A program made the translations under genes and the position numbers. From contig CM119266.1 in NCBI GenBank assembly GCA_051294375.1, positions 15,493,405 through 15,557,404 of the forward strand: a stretch of DNA of 64,000 nt, read 5' to 3'. The stretch is from Paraspadella gotoi (taxonomy: Eukaryota; Animalia; Chaetognatha). The notes under the pieces were generated by a model that was not told the DNA's origin, did not search any database, and saw only the letters and a program-made list of their open reading frames with translations. Shown one piece after another: positions 54,857 through 64,000 of the stretch; positions within the stretch are counted from its first letter, which is position 1, and each line of letters opens with the position of its first letter.

Positions 54857-55614
54857 TTCTATTCAGCGAAGTTGGAAGTTGAATGCCCCCTAAATCACGT
54901 ATTTTTATGACGAGATGTCAAGAGGTGACCCTGGGATGTGACGCTGACGATTTGTGACTTCGTCGACATCCACGCCGACGCGAGTCGACAGCGTCGACCT
55001 TGAATTTCAGTGATCTTCGTCACTGAGAACAGCGGATTGTACTGTACATTGTGTACAATCTGAAAATTTTTCAATAACTGTAGATAAAATCTTCTGGGTT
55101 TTGGCTATTATCAATTTACTTTTGAGCCAAAACTAATCTTTTTCATCTGCATTTGATCTTTGTATAGAAACAAAACGAAGGAATTCTCTTCATCTTTGAC
55201 CACCGCGGCCGCGTTCAGTCAAACCCAACGGCTTTCCAATCCTTTTAGTCGACTTCTCAGGCTCTCACTCTGAGTTTATCTCAAAAAAACCTCGCCGTTG
55301 GCTCCTCTCGCTTTCCTCTCTCTATCCCGTCTGGCGTTTTTTCTTCTTCTCTCTTCTATCTCTCTTCTATCTCTCTCTTTCCTGTCTTTCTTTCTATCTC
55401 TTCTCTATCTTATCCCCTCTCCTCGACTCATCGATTTTTCGCGTCGCGTTTCTCTGCTCTACTTTCGCAATTTCCTGCGCCCCTGGGTGCCGATGGTGGC
55501 GCGAGTGTCGGTGGCGCGAGGGAGACGATGACCCACGCTGGTAGACCAACCTCGATCCCAGTTCTACGTTCACAGTAACTACTACCGTGTTACTGGCCTA
55601 CTGTTCTCCTTTTT

Positions 55615-55940
55615 TTTTCTTGCGAGCCGAACATGGGAGCGGCGGCGTGGATGGCGCCGGTGGCGGCGGCGAGGCAGAGAAAAGCGGCGCCGGTGGCGAA
55701 GGTGATTGATGGCGCCGGCATCCGTGCGACGACGGCGCTAATCCCCTCAGGACGGCGACGATGGCGACGGCGACGACGATAACATCGACGACGACAACTA
55801 GAACAGCAGGGGATTCGCTGTTGGAGACGAAAAAGATGGAAAAGCTTCTCCCTCCCCAGTTGCGTCCTCGGTCGTCAATAACAACTACAACAATAACGAC
55901 CAATCAGCAAAGAAGAAAGCCAATCGGAATCAACTCAAGG
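55615..55940 (+). other. Possible frameshifted Gly/Asp/Asn-rich coding exon (noisy sequence or pseudogene)
   Basis: Protein-like fragments AEHGSGGVDGAGGGGEAEKSGAGGEGD / DGDDGDGDDDNIDDDN / GFAVGDEKDGKASPSPVASSVVNNNYNNNDQSAKKKANRNQLK, broken by indels and stops; no recognisable domain. Confidence 0.3.
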
Positions 55941-56036
55941 TCGAAGCTCTCTTCTCTTTTTTGCGTTCGCCCGATTAGGGAAGGAAGAACGAGCGTTCAA
56001 GAAAAATAACGTCTTTTTTCAGTTCTGGGCACGGTC

Positions 56037-56161
<125 letters not shown>

Positions 56162-56394
56162 TTTTCCCCGCTCTTTTTCCAACACCTCGGAATTATCTCA
56201 GTATCCGCTTTCAATATCCGATGACATTAAATTAATTATTCGATATCTCTCGCGCGCCGTCGGCGGTCGGAATGGATCGTCTCTCTATCTCTCTATCTCG
56301 TTTGTGCGGAAATGACTCGCTCTCGCGTCGACGATGTCCCCGTGAACTAAAGTCCAGTTTAGCTTTAGGCTTTAGGGTATCCGAAGTTGGTTGG

Positions 56395-56509
56395 TTTATT
56401 TATTTTTCATTTATTTTACATTTATTTTTCATTATTTTTCATTTATTTTTTATTTATTTTTAATTTATTTTCTTATTTTTATTTATTTAGTTTTTTTTAT
56501 TTATTTAAT

Positions 56510-56600
<91 letters not shown>

Positions 56601-56657
56601 TTTTTTCTTTTTTTTATTTATTTCTTATTCACTTTTTATTCATTTTTTATTTAATTT

Positions 56658-56696
<39 letters not shown>

Positions 56697-56735
56697 TTTT
56701 TTTATTTATTTATTTATTTATTTATTTATTATTTT
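56395..56735. repeat. (TTTA)n microsatellite
   Basis: Directly visible. Other long simple repeats: (TTTC)n at ~33830-34025, 39660-39775, 59625-59950; (AG)n/(CT)n throughout. Confidence 0.95.
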
Positions 56736-56950
56736 GGTTTTTATAATTTTTTGTTTGTTTATGTCTTCCCGCATCGTCAGTACTTCGTCCTCTGCCTCGC
56801 TCTGCGATCTCGTTCCGATCCACCGCCTCGTTTGACGTAAGATTCACTCCGTGATTCGACCGGTCATTCGCCCCACGTCACCTCAGCGGCCTTCGCATTC
56901 ATCGCCTTTGACGACGCCGCCGCCTCTGCTTCAGACTGACTCCGCCCCAT

Positions 56951-57340
56951 AGAGGCTCGAATTATAAGCACCACCCTGCAAAATTCCTTCACTCCTCATT
57001 CGCCCTGCCAATCAAGTATATCACAGAGGCTCGAATTATAAGCACTACCTGCAAAAATTCCCTAACTCCTCATTCGCCCTGCCAATTCAAGTATACACAG
57101 AGGCTCGAATTATAAGCACCACCCTGCAAAATTCCCTAACTCCTCATTCGCCCTGCCAATCAAGTATACACAGAGGCTCGAATTATAAGCACCACCCTGC
57201 AAAATTCCCTAACTCCTCATTCGCCCTGCCAATCAAGTATATATACACAGAGGCTCGAATTATAAGCACCACCCTGCAAAATTCCCTAACTCCTCATTCG
57301 CCCTGCCAATCAAGTATACACAGAGGCTCGAATTATAAGC
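56951..57340. repeat. 73-bp minisatellite, ~5.3 copies
   Basis: GAGGCTCGAATTATAAGC at 56952, 57026, 57100, 57173, 57250, 57323; whole units are repeated, no unique spacers. Confidence 0.92.
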
Positions 57341-58779
57341 TCCGCCGCCAAACCCCACCAACCCCACCAACCCCGCCGCCTCCGCCGCCTCCGCCGCCTC
57401 CGCCGCCTCCGTCGCCACGCCCCGTAATCGTCCTGATTCTAAGGGGCAAATCATCGCGCGAGACTCGTCGCCCGCACGAACGCGTTTCGCGCGCACGGAC
57501 GCTTTTGCACGCACGAGTGACGCGCTTTCTTTTTTTTTCGTCGTCGAGTCGATTGTTGTATTTGAAAGGTCGAAGAGATCGAGGCTCAATTTGAGAAGAC
57601 GGGGTACGACGAAATTGGAAAGACGAAAGGCGAACTAGGAACGACGAAAGACGAAAAAACGAAGTACGAACTACGAAGGACGAACTACGAAAAACGAAGG
57701 ACGAAAGAAAAACGAACGACAGCCATCGTAAATATTTGTTTTCTCTGTGGAAAACAAGTCGACTGTCTACTAAATTGCAGGATGACTATTATCAGTGATT
57801 TATGTGCCGTCTACGACCCGGACGACATAGATGAGGAGGCTGATAACTATGATAACTATGATAACTATGAGGATGGATTTTGAAGAAGAGGAGGAGCAAA
57901 TTGCAGCTTCGTAAGGAGGCGGCTGTGAGGGGGGTAGGGGTCGGAATCGGAAGGAAGGAAAGGGCGCTGCTCGCCCACCGGGTTAATCGTCTATGAACCG
58001 ACTGGAGGGGATTAACTTAAATTGGTCACTCCTTTTTTTTCCCATGAACGATTAGGCTTTTTATGCTTTTTTTTCGTGAGTCGCAAAAAAATAATTAGAA
58101 GGATTTGAAAATTAATTATTTTTATTGATTTTATTGTTTTTAATTTTATTGTTGCTCTCTGCTTTAAAAACAAATAAACAATAAAAACAGAAAAGTCAGT
58201 TTTTAGGTTCGTTTAAGTAAAACGTGCGGGGGAGAAAACAAAAAAAAAGGCTTTAAATCCGTGATATAAAATTAAAGCGGACTTGAAATTAGGCCGCTGG
58301 ATGGATGGAAAGATGGGACAAAAAACGGAGTGAAAAGAGTTACAAAAAGGGTAGAAAGTTTTAAAGTCACCTCATTTTCGCTCGTGCGCTTTTTCTCCGC
58401 GAGTTTCCGTCGATTTCGTCTTCTTGTTGATGTTTGTTCTTTTTCTTTGTTTTACTTTATTATCCGCATTTCCCTTTTGTTTCTCTCGATTTTCTAACAG
58501 AGGATTAAAATGACGAGGATTCTTTTCACTCGTTTCATGTCAAGGACGTTGGCTTCGACGAATGATCGCGGACCGACCCCAAAGGGTTATTTTCCCCTCC
58601 GGGTGTCCGTCAGTGCGGGCAACTGTTAATTTCCCATCCGTTTACACCCGTGCTGTCACATTCTCGCCCGGTCGCGCTCACGTCATAACGACATCTTGCC
58701 TCTGCGCGTTCTCTCCTTCGCCTCGGCTGAGTGAACCTCATTGGTTGATGTTCGTCGACCCTTCATTCACTTAGAAAAA

Positions 58780-58841
<62 letters not shown>

Positions 58842-59690
58842 ATGATGGTTCATTGACATGCGTCGGTCACAATGATTGGCTAAACCGACGGCTGAAAAAA
58901 GCCGCGTCGTTATTGTTATTATTTTACAACGAAAAGACGAACGCCGAATGTGGGGAGATTTCGCGTGAGGCTTGAGCGTGGAATCTGCTTTCTTGGGTGC
59001 ATAGAAAAAGTAAATAATTAAAACTTTTGACATTATTAGTTTTATATCAAGTCAAGAATCAATTTAAATCCGTTCGTTCCAACGCCGATTTGACTATCGT
59101 GGTCGTCGACTTCGATGTCGTCGTCTTCGTCGTCGTCATCGTCTTTTATGCTGTCGTCTTCGTCCGATTTTTCTCGATTCTTTTCCGGGAAATGATATCG
59201 AGAGCCGATACGTCACCCGAGATCTGCGGTGGCGGCATGAAAGCGAATCAGATTTTCTAGTTATAATAATGATAATAATATTTTTAAAACTCTTCTCGCT
59301 TAGAAAAGTAACTGTCGAATAAAGTTATTTGACGATTGTTTAATTGAGGTAAAGTATAATTCATTTTTCGCGACACTTTCCATTTTTCCCTCGATTTCTT
59401 CCTTTTTTAATTCCCTATTTAATTCCACTTTTTTTCCCCTTTTCCCTATTTCTTCTTTCTCCATTATTTTCCTTTCTTTTTTTCCCTTATCCTCTCTCCC
59501 ACCTTCTTCCCCCAGGCCAGAATCGCAATCCCCGTAAACGACGTTACCATGACGACGACGCGTTGGAAGGAAATGCCTATTTTCTCCGCAGATCGCTGAG
59601 GATTTTGTCCGCGTATCTTCTTTCTATCATTTTCTTTCTTTCCTTTTTTCATTCTTTCTTTCTTTCTTTCTTTCTTTCTTTTTTTCTTTT

Positions 59691-59722
<32 letters not shown>

Positions 59723-59760
59723 TTTCTTTCTTTCTTTATTTCTTTATTTCTTTCCTTTTT

Positions 59761-59820
<60 letters not shown>

Positions 59821-60185
59821 TTTTACTTTTTTCTTTCTTTCTTTCTTTCTTTTTTTCTTTCTTTCTTTCTTTCTTTTTTTTCCCTCTTTCTTTCTCGCTT
59901 TCTTTCTTTTTTCATTCATTTTTTTCCTTCTTTTTTTCTTTCTTTTTCTCACTCATTATCTTTGATATACTCCTTTGCTGAATTTTTTACCTTCTCTTTC
60001 CCAAAGGCACAAATGCCGAATTTTCGTGGTGAGAGACTCCGACATTTTCCGGTCTTCTAGGTTCACCTGAACCTTTGGACCGTGAATTGCCAATACTTTG
60101 GGTACGACCGTTACGTCACCCGACAGATTTAAATCAACAAACTTTTTTATGCTTTCTTTTCTCTCTCTCTTTCTCTCTTTCTCTC

Positions 60186-60249
<64 letters not shown>

Positions 60250-61962
60250 CTACCACATATTCTCAGCGATACCGACCACGCCTCCCAATGCCGCCCCCAT
60301 ACAATATTATCTCTTTCTCTCCTTTTTTCTCTCTCTCTTTTTTTTCAAAAATGACGTCGTTTTGCTTTTTTTTTTATTCCGCTCCCTTTTTTTTAACTGA
60401 AGCTGCGATACGAAAGTTTAATTCCTAATTTACATTAAAAAGATCAGCACTTAAGAGCTTAAAGGTTTAAGGGAACCCAGTGATGAAGGGGGGTCAGGGG
60501 GGGGTCAAAGGCTGATATCATAACGTTTGGTCCTTCAAACTCCCCCGATTTCAAAAATGTAACTCATTCTTCTCTCGTCTAACGGGGAAGTGGTCAAAAA
60601 ATTCGATGTTGTCAGCTCCGCCGATTTTCGTTTAAAAATTCGGTAAGGTGAAAATATTGTCAAAGTTTAGATTTTTTTTCACGTAAGGAAAAGTATAGAA
60701 TTAGAATAGAATTTCTTTTTTGTTTACAACTTTACACTTAACATTAATTATTGAAAGCCGACACTCGAGGAAACAAATGTCTTAGAAGAAAACAATGACT
60801 AAGACCACAATGAAAAAGTCGTCGACAAAGACGATAAATTCGGCAACAATGACGACAACGAATATAACGAAACAATGTGGTAGAACAGGACGAAAAGACA
60901 AAAACCAAGAGAATAGAAATGTTTTATATTTTTGATCTAACTGTTTATGAAGAATCCGAATCTTCAATAAAATTTTTTAAAAGATTTTACTATTTTATTG
61001 TATTTTACTATACTGTTCCCCAAACAATATGAACGAAATATTTTTCTATTCATCTAATTATCCTCGTTCGGTCACGCAAATAATTTTCTTATTCTCGAGA
61101 GCTCCACTCTAATATCCATGAATTCCATCGACCAGTTGAAAAAAGGTCTTTTTATCATTTTGAATTCGCCGTATGCGAACAAAAGATGAGGAAAAGATAA
61201 CTTAAAACGCGAATTCAAACGCGGTTATTAAACGTTTAAACCATTTCTTTTCTGTTTTCCCGCGTTTTATGCTGTAGTCTATTTTAAATGTTATTTTCAT
61301 ACATAACCGTCTTGAAAGATAGGTTTTACTCAAAACAGAGGATCATTGATTTTATCGAGGTTTGCCTTACTAAAATGAACTTTAACGAAGTCAATGTCAA
61401 AGAAATTAATTGGAAAACGGGTTTCCACGACCATGAAGGACGAGGTAAATCTTAAGTTGAAGAGCAAGAATCTCTTGCCGCCAGGATCATTATAAGCGCC
61501 CACTCATTTTTTTTTCCAAAAAAACTTTCACGAATCTTTCAAATTTTGTTTACAAGAAAATAAAATTCTCCCCTGACGACTTTCCATTGAAGATTTCAAC
61601 GCTCGGACGAGATATAACCGGCCNNNNNNNNNNCCGATCATAAAAGAACCTTTTACAGAATGAACACCGGTATTCATTGAGAAAAAAAATATTACAATTT
61701 TTTTAATAATATAACGAGAAAACAGTTTGTCCTCCTCTTTATTTCTAAACATTTTTTTTGTTTTTATTTTTATTTCAAATTTAAAACATTAAAATAGTTT
61801 TCCAATTTAAAAGAAAGTTATCATTCTTATAATAAAATTTCCTCGAACTTATTAGCCGCTAAATTTTGTCAACAGTTGCAGTCGTGATTCTGAAAGCCTC
61901 ACCTAGACCGCTCTAACATCGCTCACCCCTGACCAGTAACGACCCGTCCGACTCGTCTTGGA

Positions 61963-62736
61963 ATGATCTCCCCAGCTTCCATCGCGTGGTTGCTCCTCGT
62001 CTTTATGGGGACCAGCTGGAGTTACATGTGCGTGATGATCTCGCTCCTGGCCGGTCGAGTGGATCTTGCGACGACCTTGTGGAGCTGGGGGCTCTGCAAT
62101 CTCGTCGTTGCCGTCCCCCTCTCGCTCCACTTCCGAGAGTCGCCTTTGGGCCCCGCCAAACTCGAGACGAGATGGCGCTGTCAGCTGTTTGTCTTGGCGG
62201 CAATGGAGATCTTGACGAAGGTGAGAAATGAGTATGAGTCTGAAGTGAGGAGAAGGCCCAGGGGGTCTTGGAGATTTTTTTCTCCAGTTGCCTGAGCTTT
62301 CCAGAACTTGTAATCCGGCGGTAGGCATTAAAGCGTAGCAAAAATATTAAAATAAAGTAGAATCAAAAATTGAATATTTTTTTATTTTAATTTTTATACA
62401 TATTTATACCTAGTACTCACCATAGAAAATGTCAAAGTTTTAAAATGGTTATTTCTTATTTTTAAAAGCAGATTCGAATTTCTAACGAAAAGTTGATAAA
62501 AATTATATATCAATGTTCTTTAGTCTTTAGTCAATGATCTGCAACTTTCACTAGTAGGCATAATATCAGTGGTTTTACCGGCCTCTAACCGTTCAGACCA
62601 GGGCTGGAACTCCGAACAATTGGGTTCTGAGATGAAGCGTTATGGCACAGTCAGATGGAAAAGGCTTTTCCGGCTCTCTTTTTCCAGAGCGTCCATTTCT
62701 GTTCCTCTATTGCTTTAAAATTTAAATTAAAAAAAT

Positions 62737-62791
<55 letters not shown>

Positions 62792-63518
62792 CCAGGTGCT
62801 CACTGCCGCGATCCTGACAGGCAGCCCCATTGGCGACGCCGCCTCCCTCTGGAACTTAAGCGTCATCTTCTCCATGCTCATCCAAGCGGCGCTGTTACGC
62901 CGGGCGCCGGGCGTCGTTCAAATCGGCGCCGTCGTCGTCACCCTCGTCGGCATCGTCCTTATCCAAAAGCCGAGCTTCATCTTCGCCGGCTACGAAGTGG
63001 AACGCATCGCCGCAAGATTCCCCCATAGAAAATACTACTACATCTTGGCCTTAAGCGAGGCCCTTCCCTACGCCCTCATGTTCGTCCTCTCCGAACATCT
63101 CCAGCTCCGTGGTGTCCACTGGAGCGTTTTTTATCTCAACAACGCCGTGGGGCTGCTGGTATCGGCTGCGGCGACGACGCTGGCTGCACCGTCGCGCCAT
63201 CTCGCTTTCCTCGCTTCGTTGACGGCTCAAGAGGCGGTGGAGTATCTCTTCGTCGGGGTCTTCGATCTGCTCGCCCACTCTTGCCTCTTCGTCGCAGTGC
63301 AGCACATCAGGTCCGAGGTGGTCGCAGTCTTCGCCACGCTCGAGATCCCATTCTCGTATCTGTTGGGCTTCGTTTTCTTGGGTCAGCGACCCGAGGCGTT
63401 GGGCATCACGGGGTCCACCTTGATCTTTGGAGCATTGATCACTCTTTCTATTTCCAAGAGAATAGGGGAGAAAGAGAAGGAGGAAGAAAATAAAAAGTTG
63501 ATGGATGGAAAAGAATAG
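61963..63518 (+). CDS. SLC35G-like EamA/DMT-superfamily transporter, ~326 aa, 2 coding exons
   Basis: Exons 61963-62220 (GTGAGA donor, phase 0) and 62796-63518 (after (CT)n-CCGCCAG). About 10 hydrophobic segments. PIGDAASLWNLSVIFSMLI, VTLVGIVLIQKPSFIF and TLEIPFSYLLGFVFLGQRP...ITGSTLI match SLC35G/TMEM20-type EamA repeats. Confidence 0.85.
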
Positions 63519-64000
63519 AAAAAGTTATTTTGAATTCCGTTTACATATTTGTAATATTTATAATAAATAATATATAATATATTCGTAATATAAGATATAA
63601 TGGCGATGTCATGCCTTTTGTCTGAAATTTGGTCTTGTTTTTTTTAATTATTTTTATCCAGTTATTGACTTTCTCCCATTAGGAGCTTTTCTTTTATTTC
63701 TTATTAAAAGCATTTTTTTTTCAGATTCCTATTGACTTTTAAGTTTGATGTTTGGTCTGTACCCAACTTTTTCACTTATATCTCTTTGTACAAAACATTT
63801 TTTTAACATTACTTTTTTAAAGGGTTGTAAAAATAAAGACTAAAACATTTTTAGTATTATCACCAGAAGTCCTGGTTGGTTTTATAACACAAAATAATAT
63901 TCATATTAAAGTATTGATGCTCGTGGCAGTATATAGGCGTGAACATAAAGGAGAAATAAAACTAGACGTCCAAAGGCTGTAGATTCAATATCAGAGTCTT

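Noticed and set aside
56951-57340. CRISPR-like array
   Set aside because: Whole 73-bp units repeat with no unique spacers, no cas genes, eukaryotic context; ordinary minisatellite.

Overview
Eukaryotic (metazoan, probably invertebrate) draft-assembly window rich in (AG)n/(CT)n microsatellites, N-gaps and noisy duplicated segments that look like uncorrected long-read gap-fills. Most entries in the ORF track are microsatellite or gap artefacts. Genes supported by manual splicing: (1) 13 in-phase internal exons (17200-37914, +) of a DN-cadherin-like (type III classical) cadherin, both ends missing; (2) two tandem minus-strand genes with degenerate, HPD-less J-domains (8808-9362 and 9732-12129), the larger carrying about 11-12 copies of a 27-aa repeat; (3) a 6-exon, two-Ig basigin/neuroplastin-like membrane protein (49618-51988, +) whose second Ig domain has no cysteines; (4) a 2-exon SLC35G/EamA transporter (61963-63518, +). 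Mobile DNA: an internally deleted Tc1 element, tRNA-derived SINE-like sequences, and two Helentron/DINE-1-like families. One Helentron-type copy encloses a tandem SINE dimer; another appears as both filled and empty site just upstream of the basigin-like gene. All family assignments come from motif recognition by eye; no database searches were run.
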